Shown here piece after piece: positions 52,844 through 64,000 of a stretch of DNA of 64,000 nucleotides. This DNA is from Trichoplax adhaerens. Taxonomy: Eukaryota; Animalia; Placozoa. The stretch covers positions 5,494,597 to 5,558,596 of the forward strand of contig NW_002060946.1 of NCBI RefSeq assembly GCF_000150275.1, read 5' to 3'. The notes beneath the pieces were generated by a model. That model worked only from the letters and a program-made list of their open reading frames with translations. It searched no databases and was not told the DNA's origin. Both the position numbers and the translations under genes were made by a program. Position 1 is the first letter of the stretch. The number at the start of each line of letters is the position of its first letter.

Positions 52844-55800
52844 TTAGGTTAACTTAGCATAACTCGGTGGTGCAAACCTCCTTCGTAAAAATTTTAATAT
52901 ATACAATGGCACACAGCTAATAATTGTTAATACAACTACTTTCCACAAAAAATTGAAGGATGTTATAAAGTTCAGATCAAAGTAATTGCGTAATAACAAC
53001 ATAGAACAAAAGTATAAAGCCAAGCTAAATATTTCCGATACTATCACTACCCAATGCCAGGTACGTATTGTCAAAGCGACCATGAGCAACTCGGTCAATA
53101 TAAGTGCAGTGAAAGAGATTGATACTATATGAGCAAATTCAGACTCAAATAGTAATAATGCACCGCACATAATTGTTCCACCTTGGTAAATACTAATCAA
53201 GATCCATATAAAAAAAGTTTTATAAGATAAAGAACGTCCTTTAGATAGGTCTTTATATAATTCCGGATAAGTCATTGCAATTTCAGCAGAAACATCAACA
53301 TCTAAAACTAAAGAAAATACTGGAGCCATGGTATATATTGTTGCATAGCCAACCATGAGAAAGCCTTGATAAAGCGCAACCGATGAGAAATAGAATATAG
53401 ACGAGAAGACAGCTTGCATGACAGATATTATTAGACCTCGATGGATAACAAATTGGCTTAATGATGCTGTTCGTTTATAACTATTTCTACCATGCCATAG
53501 CAATAACCGCCCTATATATTTAAATTGCGTTATAGAAAAATCCGACGCTAGCGATGCTTGCTTACCTTCTTTTCCAACAATCCCAATACCAACATCCGCC
53601 ACTTGTATCATACTGACATCATTTCCTCCGTCTCCAATAGCGCATGTTTGTTGTTGCGTATGTTTCTTAATCAGTCGTACAATATTTGCTTTTTGAGTTG
53701 GTGAACATCGACAGCAAATTACCGCTGAACATTGACAAGCTACTTCCATAAATTCATGCTCAAAATATCGCAAGCAAACATCTAGCGTATCACCGCGTAT
53801 AATTAATGCACAATCATTTTTCCTTCTAAAGGTATTCAGTTCTATTCTTACTTCAGGCCGATTATTAACTTGCTTAAAAGTATGAATTGCTTGATTTCTA
53901 GATATTAATCGTGCGCTTACACCAATACATGCTGCAGTTTCCATCTTATCACCTGTTAACATCCATACTTTAATGCCAGCATTCCTTACCAACTCTAAAG
54001 TCGGTCGAACATCAACTTGCAATGTATCTTCTACACCAGTCAAGCATAATAGTTTCATATCTTTTTCTAGTCTCTCGATAACAGCGCTCACTTTCGCCGC
54101 TCTTTCATTAACGCTTAACTTTGCTTGAGAATAGCGTGCATCAAAATCATTATATAATTCTTGTGTAAGAATTCTTTTCGCTACAACTAGCGTTCGAAGT
54201 CCTTCTCTTGCCATGTTGCCACATTCCTCTTCTAACCAATCATTGTATTGCACTATATTTGACATAACAGCATCAGCACCTTTCATCAGGAAAAAGATTT
54301 CATTACTGGTGTGATCTTTCAGAATTATTCCCATTCGTTTTCTCTCCGATGTGAAGGGAAACAATTGCAGTATACTGTATCTCAAAATTTGTCCATTAGG
54401 CAGTCTCAAGCATATTGTAGAAAGATCTCGTTTCACTAGCGTAATCCCTACTGATTCTGTCCATTTGACAAGAGCAATCTAAATTATGTAAGAAAGTCTA
54501 ATTAATATGCTATGCAACATGAATATTTCAAGAAACAAATTTGATACCTCATCTGGACTTGACGCTTGATAATCGATTCTGTTGTCGTCAGCGCTAAGAG
54601 AAACTTCAATATCGACGTCATCACTAGAAATGCTGTCATCGTCGACAACGTTATCGAAACTTTTAGCGATTACAGGTGTAACGTTGTGACATAGAGCGAT
54701 CGCTAAGATCGCTTCATGAGCTTGTTCTAACGGCTGATTTCTCATCTATAAATAAAATTTATATTCAATTTTACAAACAAAGTTTTGAAAAAAATTTATT
54801 AAATTGTATCCTATTCGAACCCTAGATCGTCTCGAGAGGCCACTACCATTGTCACTATCGGAAGCCGAAGATATGTATAGGCTACGTAAGTATTCTTTGA
54901 TCTATGCAACCCATCAAAATTAGTTCGCTTAACTAACGCATAATTTTCTAGGGTAGCATGAAAGAACAGATTACCTCTTCCATGCTCTCTATACCAAATG
55001 ATACATTGCCTGTGTGTAGGCGTTTAAAAACCTAATCCAATCATAAGTTTCCTGCGTCAGAAAGGCATCTCAGGCTTACAATTTATGCTATCAGCATCCT
55101 TACCATCTCATTTTGTGTTAGTGTTCCCGTTTTGTCGGATAGGATGTAACCTACTCTACCAAGCTCTTCAGGAATTGTACTACTGCGAACGACTGTTCCA
55201 GGAATCTCTTTATCAGAATTGATCATCCAAGAATAGACAATTTTGCCCATGTCCAAATTTACTCTTAGGCTAATTCATTTAAGAGAAAAAATTCAGAATA
55301 ACACGTTTGAGTTACAGATAGAATTCCAATCTCGCTGTAATCAATGGCCAAATTGCAATGATTAAATCTAAATCGTCAACTTGGGTATAATGGACATGTA
55401 CCTTATAGGGATGATTGAAGAAAATAGTAAAATAAATCTAAAAAAGTAACGATACCATGGTCCTTGAAAGCCCTTAAGAAAATAAGTTATATGGTTAATG
55501 TATTGACTTGATCAATTCTAGGTGTAAATAATAGTAAAGCCATGAAACTGACCTTCAAGCTTACGAGCAAAAGTGCTAAACTAATAGTAGCCATAAATAG
55601 TACTTTGGTTAGTTGATTAATTTCGATATCGATTAATCCAATCTAGAATGTATAACCATAAAAAAGTATCTGGGTTACTTGAAACAATGGTAGATTTAAC
55701 TATGATAGAGATGGTACCTTTGTTGGGGGACTAGATGCATTCATTGAACTTCTAGTTTCAAGTCCTGTGTAAATGACAATCCCTACAATAGGACCTACAG

Positions 55801-58800
55801 AAACACAGATTAAAAATGTTAGAATTAACGAATTAAAAGGTTTAATCATATGGAGTTACCTGATGCAACAACTGTATTGGCCCATATTGTATTTTCGATA
55901 CTTAGAGGCTCTTGAATTTCGTTATCACTCTAATATTAGTACGAAAATGTCTTTCTTAAAATATAGTAATATTATAGAAAGGAATAGGACAATCTTGGTA
56001 TTTCTGTTAACCTCATTAAAAGTTCCTACAAAGTCATAGATATCCATTCGAGGTTTTTCTGCATAAATCGAGGCGTTTATTGAAAATAATTCCTAAAAAA
56101 TTAATAACAGAGGGATGATATTACTGATGAACCCATAGCTTAGACAATAAAAATAATTTCTATACCCTATTCGAGCGAAGTTGTTGACATGTTCCCACGG
56201 CTAATCTTAATTTCCAATCTGTTTCCCCATCGAGTTGATCAGTACGTATAAAGCATGCACCTATATCCCATAGTTAATAGGAATGTGGGTATAATTTATC
56301 GTTTTTAGTAAAAATAGCAGTTTCCATCTTTTCTAATTACTGTAGCTACCTCCTTTTTCGGTTGTCTGCAATAAAACCATATCAGCGGGTACTCGTTGAT
56401 TCTAGACAGTACGTAAACAGAGTATTTAAATAAGTGCAGGGTTAGACTACTAGGTTGCATGATATCAATATCATATTCAGTTTAACGAATTGCCGCTACA
56501 TCAGGTATTTCGTATTTTACAATAATCTACTCAACTATCATAATCCTAAGCTTACTTTATCAATCATGATAATGTCGCCAACAACGATTTCACTGCACAT
56601 AACGGGTTGAGTCCCTATATTGACAATAAAGAGATTTACATTATTGTATTAACGTAGTAACATTGGTAAACGATCATAGGAAATTCATACCTCTTCTTGT
56701 TAGTTTCTTATATGATTGATTATTGATTTCACGATCTCTTCGATATCTTTTAAAGTCATCGAAAGCTTCACGGCACATTGTAACAAATAATACAAAGGTC
56801 TATGGAGGATATATTTTAAATTGTTATTATAAAAAAGTCTTCTAGCAGCATAATTGTAATTTTTGTACAAGTGTAAATAGATAAATATAGTATTTACTGT
56901 GTAATATGATATAAGATCTATCTATTATGTAATGCCGCACGAAAGCATATTTAAACTTATGTAGAATAAAATAAGTTATCTACAGTAATGTAAAGAATAT
57001 AATAATATCAAGAGAATAGCATGATTACATCAGTGAAGCAATAACTGTCGAATACTATCTGCGGTTATTCATTGCTACTATTACTTACCAATGGTCCCCA
57101 ATAAGTATACAAATAGCCAATTTTTAAATCTGGAATAAATTGTGATAGTGCTACCATCAAGAAATAAAAATTGAGGAAGAATCTGAATTGTTCATATAAT
57201 ACCTATTCAAAAATAGAAAGTTGAAAACTATGGTTATCGAAGTTCTATTGCATACGCATAATAGCGTGTAAGATACGGCTATCATTCCAATATTCCGTAT
57301 TGCACATTCGATATAGCAATATAATATTTCTATTTTGGGCAGTATACGTGTTGCAATTTATTATTGTAATCTAAGATTGAAATACAAATATAAATTCATT
57401 AAATGATATAAATCCAGTTAGTAACCGCATCTATTATATATTATAATATATACATGCTGTATACTGTATCATATACATAAATCAATTAACAATAAAGTGT
57501 GTCCATTATTTGTATGTTATACATACACAAGGAAGGAAAGTAAATACGGAATATTTTTGATTTCGAGTGATATTTGGAGGATAATCCGCTTGAATCTAGA
57601 GAATATTGAATTATAAGATGGTTTTAAGTAAATTTTAATTTTTTAATTCATGCTACTTTTTATTTTCTTGGATATAATGTGTAAATGTATAAAAAGTATT
57701 GCATTAGAAAGTGATGCCAATCGATCCAAATCACTCAATCACAAGTATATTATCTTACCACTTGGCCGATCTGTATATTTCGTGAATGATATTCTTTTTC
57801 TTCTTTACAAATATTACGTATCTTTGTACAGCATCTAAAGATTGACAAGTCTTATGAATAAGAGAGAAGCTTGACAGTGACATTTAGCCTAGCGTATCAG
57901 GAATTGCCTATACTGTAGTAGTAGGATAATTGATCATGAAATCATTTGTGTTCTAAACTATGGTACGATAATTAATGAATAAAAATATGTAGACATAAAC
58001 AGGTAGACGATAATGTATATAGTTTTCTACCTTTATCATGTGACGTAACTGTATGAGCATTGACTATATTAAAATCGCTATGAAGAGCAGATCAAATTAC
58101 TGCACGTACGCATGTCTACCATAATTACTTACACGGTGAATGATTCATAATAATTAATTATAATGTACAATGTAGAGGAATAACACGCGTATCAAAGTAG
58201 AGTATTGGCTTAATTTATCATTGCATTCATCCGGACTACATGAGTTGTATCAGTTGTTTAAGAAAGTATGTTAATGGTGTCCTTATGTCGCATGGTTACT
58301 TTTCGAACAATACGCTTTGGATGCAATGCACGGTAATTATGGGTTTGGAACAGATGCATCAATAATTAATAAAGGTCTTTCTTGAAAGGCATGGCAAAGT
58401 TGAATCTCAAGCTTTTGGATAAATAAAGCAATTGCTATTATGGTCATTATTTGAGAAGGAGAATGATTATCAGTTTTGATGAAGTGAAATTGATCGATGT
58501 TGTTATGGTACAGTACTACAAGCAGTTGTACATAAAAGTCGAAATTCATTCGCTATCATTTTTACAAATCATAAGAGCAAGCAAATCTCCATACTACGTT
58601 GCGATCTGGCGATCCATTATTGCATTATGTTGTAAAATTTAGAATATTACTTGAGTATATCCGTGTCCATACCGTCACGATGTTGTTGTGATTCTTTTGG
58701 CAATGCATGAGTTGGATGTTGTTTGAAAGCCTACTGCGACAACTGACGTAATTGTTCGCTGTCTACGCGTACAGTTTATGAAGCAGTGTTGATCAAGTTT

Positions 58801-59499
58801 ATTGGACATTGCTACTTTACTACAGTCAATTGTAAACGTACGAGTAATCGTGGATTAGAAAGAACGACTATAGTATAGGGTCTTTGGTCATGATTTCCCG
58901 ACGTTTAAACAGTTGCAACTTGTAAGACTGTACTGTAGACCGTGTCCAATCGACATGTCTAGATTGAATTTCTTCATCCAAGATGGTACAACGAAGTGTT
59001 AACAATGTTGCATTGAATGATGGCCACCACAATGAGATCATTTGACTGTGTACACGTTATCGTATTCTTCTATTGGTACCATTTATTGAGTCGATAAGGT
59101 AGAAAGATAGAAATTGAACTGGTGTAGTAATATCTGTGTAGACCTACTTTGATGTACAGTAGATTGTAATTCTCATGACTAGAGTTATTCATTAAACGCC
59201 ACCTATGCTACTATCAATGACTCCATTGAACAGCTTTCTTCTTACCTTGTGAAAGAGTCTGTCAGACAAGATGGCGAGAATAGATTGGCTAGTCGTGAAT
59301 TTCTTCTTCTACGATGAGCTTGTCGGTTACTATAAGCTGCAAAACCATCGTCCGTATATTCATCATCGGTCAAGGATGAGTAATCATCGGCAGTGGAATG
59401 ATCTCGAGTATCAATCAGTTTGGTCTTGGCCGATAATGCCGATTCGTTCTTGGCGTATTTAACATTATTCAATGCACGTAAAGGAATGGCAGTAGCCAT
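52844..59499 (-). CDS. ATP9B: Class 2 P4-ATPase phospholipid flippase (ATP9A/B, NEO1 family); many short 5' exons and one ~1.63 kb terminal exon (~54478-52844)
   Basis: N-terminus MATAIPL; [24 protein letters not shown]; [12 protein letters not shown]; [15 protein letters not shown]; [12 protein letters not shown]; [14 protein letters not shown] (phosphorylation site); YQASSPDE; [11 protein letters not shown]; WMLTGDK; GDGGNDVSM; C-terminal [13 protein letters not shown]. It is probably the single pre-vertebrate ATP9A/B ortholog. Confidence 0.95.
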
Positions 59500-60921
59500 A
59501 ACAACCACTCCGATCGAAATTGGCTCTGTTGATCCACTCTTTTCAACGATAAAGCGATGGAATATAGGCTTGATAGGCTAGGCAATAGGAAAATTAATCA
59601 AGTAGTAATGAATTGATGAAGTCTTTCCTCTTCGTTTGTGTTGATTAGTCGACTTCATCAACTTCTTGCCGACTTAAATATGGGTATATTTTGCTCTGTT
59701 GAAATCTATTGGAACACGAGTATTGTATTAAGCATAGAGTAGTCGTTATTATGCCTTGCTAACGGGGTTCATCGATTGATTGTCCTAGCCATTGACTCAG
59801 AGTACTATAGACTGTGCACGGTAGACTGTCGACTGTAGACTGTGCAGTATTGTACTGTAGTGAGGCTGACTCGTCCTTAGCGTCACACTGTACTATATGC
59901 GAAGCATTCATTGACAAAACGATTAATTGTCCTAGCCATTGACTCAGAGTACTATAGACTGTGCACGGTAGACTGTCGACTGTAGACTGTGTATAGTACT
60001 GTACAGTATTGTACTCAGTAGTGAGACTGACTCGTCCGTAGCGTCACAATGTACTGTACTGTATGTCTGTATGCGAAGCATTCACTGACAAAACGATTGA
60101 TTGTCCTAGCAATTGACTCAGAGTACTATAGACTGTGCACGGTAGACTGTCGACTGTACAGTATTGTACTGTACTGTAGTGAGACTGACTCGTCCGTAGT
60201 GTCACACTGTACTGTACTGTATGCGAAGCATTCACTGACAAACGATCCATTTTTAGATCGATACGTACGGTACAGTATATGACGTAATGTTAGAATGTAG
60301 CGTGTGACGTGTGTGCGCTAGAGACCCTTAGTACAGGGTATTGTACAGTACTGTACGTTGAGTGAAGCTACAGTGCAGTACTGTACGCACAGAGTGTGCT
60401 GTACTGTAGCCAGTTGAACTTGAGTCAGGGACTGCAGCTGCAGTACTAAAAGAAGAAAGAAAAGGAACTGCCAACGGTTGTTGACTCTACTCTTTTCTTT
60501 CCTCTTTTACTAGTACAGTCAGTACACGAGTCCCTGCTTGAGTCTTCACTATAGTATCCATGCGCGAAAACCATCAGCTAATGTACTGTACTGCAAGCTA
60601 GAAACAGGAGCGTAAGAAATGATTCCTGTATGGACATTGGACAGCGAATAAAAGTCACGTGGCAATTGCGTCACCAGAGCGGCAAACGCCAACAGTGTAG
60701 TGTACAGTTCTAGAGGGACTGTACAGCTGAAATAACCAGGTAAGAGAGTCAATCGACTAGTCTACACTAGCGCTTTTCAACACTGCTTACGGATGCTACA
60801 GACATTACAGACTCGACCGGACGGTAAACACTGGCTTCAAATCCAAAAGGCGCTCAAACGACTTCAATCGAAATCTTGATACAAGCGTAGACAGCTGCGA
60901 CAACTGGCCAAAACAGTCAAC
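59500..60921. promoter_or_regulatory. Putative bidirectional promoter region for ATP9 and GINS3
   Basis: ATGs are head-to-head about 1.4 kb apart. Dense TACAGTAC/GTACTGTA, TGACGT at ~60280 and ~60305, TGAGTCA at 60421, GTCACGTG at ~60654, and a possible 5'UTR donor CAG|GTAAGA at ~60739. Confidence 0.55.
59773..60246. repeat. Tandem repeat, 3 x ~150-175 bp, rich in GTAC/ACTGT, each unit carrying TGACTCA; lies in the ATP9/GINS3 divergent region
   Basis: Units start at 59773, 59920 and 60094: CGATT.ATTGTCCTAGC.ATTGACTCAGAGTACTATAGACTGTGCACGGTAGACTGTCGACTGTA...GACTCGTCC...GCGAAGCATTCA.TGACAAAA. Confidence 0.95.
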
Positions 60922-62527
60922 ATGTCGTATCCAGAGGCATCTCCTTCAACTCCACAGCTATTTTCAACGTTAAAGAAAGACAACTATTTCGATCTGGATG
61001 ATATTATCGTCTGCCAAGAGAAAGTAACTTGTACTTTTCAATCCACTGTACATCGATTAGGATATATTGATCCTGGATCGAATAAGGAGGATATCCAAGA
61101 GGACGCCAAAATGGAATTACCCTATTGGTTAGCCAAGGCGTTATGCACTAGAAAACGTAAAATAGTGTCCATCGAGTATCCTAATGTATATCGAAGTTCT
61201 TATTTGCAAATTTTGGCTGCTGATGCAAATGTCGTCGATCTGCATAAATGGGGGCCTTCCTATTATCGATTAGGAGAAAAATTATTCAATTTTGAGCATG
61301 ATGAATCTCGTCCACTTGCTGAAGGCCTATTACAGGTATATTTCATCAAATAAAGTAGACGCATTACGCCCACTGTAGAGTTTGACAGGCGCATAAATGA
61401 ATAGAGTGAAGTAATAAAATGCTTAATTAATTTACTATCACTACGACATGCCAAGAATAGGCATTCTGGATGGATCTTACTGTTATCGTGTACTCAATTC
61501 ATGCAGAAATGACGATGTAACATTAAAGCTATGTAACACATACGGTACAGCTAGAGATCAAGAGTACAGTAGGTCGGCATGAATTCAGCTGCAATAATGA
61601 TTCAATTGTGATACTGTAGAAATAGAGACATTACTGTAGTAGGCGACGATGGTGTGAGACTTCTTAACGAGAAAAAGTTGTGATCTGACTGTGTTAGGTA
61701 GATGGTAAATTGAATCAAGTAAAGTAGATAGGGTTTGCTGCTGTACACGCCTACAGTATGCAAACTAACGCGAATTCATTAGTTTCCAAAGTCTCTAGTA
61801 GTAAAATGCATAACGCTATCTTTATCCTATGTTGTAACAAATAGATTATGGCAGACAAGTGCAACTGTCATTCTTATTGAAGAAAATATATTGTTTTTCA
61901 GTCAACAAATGAAGATAGTAAATTGAATCAAGTAAAGCTGATGGGATTTGCTACTGTACACGTCTACAGTATACAAACTAAAGCAAATTCATTAGTTTTC
62001 AAAGTCTCTAGTAATAAAATGCATAACGCTGTCTTTACGCTATGTTGTAACAAATATATTATGGCAGACAAGTGTAACTGTCATCCTTATTGAAGAAAAT
62101 ATATTCTTTTTAAGTAAAATAAATTAAGACACACATCCTATCAAGCCAAGCTCCTTTATTAATGCCTGGTTTCAGTTTCAGCAGTATCTGGAAATCTTCA
62201 GTAGGCGTGGATATGTTAACAATAATACTGTAATCAAGATAGTCTTCGATATCTTCATACTTAATCATAAAGGAATTGTTCATTTCTTTTCAGGCATTTA
62301 TTTCTCGATTTCGTAAAGTAATGGATTCTTCACAGAATGCTCAATACCAAGATACATATCAACTCACCGAGAAACTGGATGAAATTGAGCGGAAAATATT
62401 TAAATCAACAAGACAAAATGTTGAGGACTTTGAGCGTTGGCAGGTTGGAAAATCGAATCAATTATCGACTTCTGAAGCAATTTTAAGCCATCGTAAGAGG
62501 AAACATACTGACGATAACGTATCATGA
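60922..62527 (+). CDS. GINS3: GINS complex subunit 3 (PSF3). Exons 60922-61335 and 62294-62527
   Basis: Motifs DNYFDLDDIIVCQEKV, KMELPYWLAKAL, ILAADANVVDLHKWGPSYY, AFISRFRKVMDSSQN, KLDEIERKIF and C-terminal HRKRK match PSF3. The single intron is phase 0, GT-AG. Confidence 0.95.
61701..62110. repeat. Tandem duplication, 2 x ~213 bp, in the GINS3 intron
   Basis: GTAAATTGAATCAAGTAAAG...CTGTACACG.CTACAGTAT.CAAACTAA...CAAAGTCTCTAGTA.TAAAATGCATAACGCT...TTATGGCAGACAAGTG.AACTGTCAT.CTTATTGAAGAAAATATATT occurs twice. Confidence 0.95.
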
Positions 62528-63602
62528 AGTTGTCGTTCCCAACCAATGTCAATGTAATTGAGATTATTTTATTGGCTGCAAAGTGTATACGCTGACGTAA
62601 CATTTATTGAATCATATGGTTTGCTACCTCGATAGCTTTCCTTGGTACTGGTAAAATGCTACTCTTATTGTATATTGTGATATATATTCATAGATGTACA
62701 TCTAGCACCATGACAATCCTTAACTTATTGCAATTTTTTTACTTCATTCTACAGTATTTGCAAACAATATTGTATATACAGTATACTGCCTGTATCGTAT
62801 GTAAATATGCTCGAGTTTTATAGGTATACTTTGCTATGATAACTTGAAAAATTGAAAGTTTCTGTACAATGTACATACACGACGTATGATAACAATAACA
62901 AATTATAAAATTGTTTGAAATATGAATCTTTTAGCATTTTATGCAACGATTAAATTGCATTCATTCAAATTGCAGCATAAATCCGTTCGTATAGTAATAT
63001 AGACCGGCATTGTACTGTATCATGGTCTTCTGCTAGTAGTTCATGACTGTTCTGTATACATTGGCCGACATATACTCATACACGTATCGATGCAAAATGC
63101 GAATTGTGACATCGATCATGAATTAATTAACTGATGTCGATGGATAATTGACAACGTATATTTGCATCATTTCAGGCTGTAGTTGTATAGGAATAGTTGG
63201 GTACTGTCAATTTAGCTGTACAGTATGAAGGGTTATCTTGTAGATCTTTGAGCTCTTGGCAAGATGGCTTAATTAAGTCAATCTTTCCTGACTATCTATT
63301 GACTGCCTACGTAAACTGGCCTATAAGATTTGTAAACACGATCGTTTTATATTGTTTTTCCATCTCTACTTCTACTGCATAATAATTTATTAAGTATAGT
63401 AGTGAGTAAAACTTACAATTATTCTGATCTTATGTCTAGTCCATGATGAAATATGAAATGGAACCTTAATTTATTACTACTGTAGTCTCATCTCCACACG
63501 ATAGATCGACAGTATTGATACTCAGGTCAACACATTAAGCAGAGGTAAAAGACGAGCTTTACCCTATGCTGTACATTGAAGTGCACAATGTACTGTACGC
63601 AC

Positions 63603-64000
63603 TGTAGTCTCTGCTTTGAACTCGTCTAACTTATTTCTAAGGTTATTACCACTGATTTAGTAGTAATATTGGGAAAATTGAGATCTTCCTCGATAATCTG
63701 ATATATAATTCGGCAATTTATTATATATACATCCTCCATTCACTGAATGGCTACTTGGCTGTTTACGATGGACTTCTACCGAGTCGATTAATGGACTACT
63801 ACTAAAAGTCCATGGCAGAAACGTTCTCAAATGCTTTTCGTGAGAGTATACTGAACTTTATATATGTAGTTTCTGCTTTGAACTCGTCTAACTTATTTCT
63901 AAGGTTATTACCACTGACTTAGTAGTAATATTGGGAAAATTGAGATCTTCCTCGACAATCTGATATATAATTTGGCAATTTATTATACAGTATATACATC
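63603..64000. repeat. Direct duplication of ~130 bp (63603-63733 and 63865-64000), period 262 bp, reaching the window edge
   Basis: CTGCTTTGAACTCGTCTAACTTATTTCTAAGGTTATTACCACTGA.TTAGTAGTAATATTGGGAAAATTGAGATCTTCCTCGA occurs twice. Confidence 0.95.

Noticed and set aside
57759-57834. Suspected frameshift in ATP9 exon 2
   Set aside because: Recounting the A-run gives an intact frame, [26 protein letters not shown].
59773-60246. Tandem 150-175 bp units as a possible retrozyme (hammerhead) array
   Set aside because: I found no CTGANGA...GAAA core on either strand.

Overview
This is AT-rich eukaryotic genomic DNA with short GT-AG introns and dense genes. Composition and gene content look like an early-branching animal, with a placozoan (Trichoplax-like) genome the best guess; that assignment is inference only. 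By hand-splicing exons I support ten protein-coding genes in this order: HPGD-like SDR #1 (-, truncated by the left edge), PRELID3/SLMO2 (+), TPX2 (-), a NERD1-like FG-GAP membrane protein (+), myotrophin (-, intronless CDS), HPGD-like #2 (+, C-terminal -SKL), HPGD-like #3 (+), PPP4R1 (+), ATP9-type P4-ATPase (-) and GINS3/PSF3 (+). Non-coding DNA holds many unrelated local duplications with ~100-260 bp units. A degenerate GTAC-core pentamer (GTACT/GTACA/GTACC) is concentrated in the head-to-head promoter regions. I found no tRNA, rRNA, CRISPR array or transposase. The most interesting signals are the GTAC-pentamer promoter signature, a 15-PGDH family cluster with one PTS1-bearing paralog, an animal NERD1 homolog, shared linkage with the human chr18/chr20 paralogon, and an intron-free 3' half of ATP9. 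All homology calls come from my recall of the families, not from database searches.
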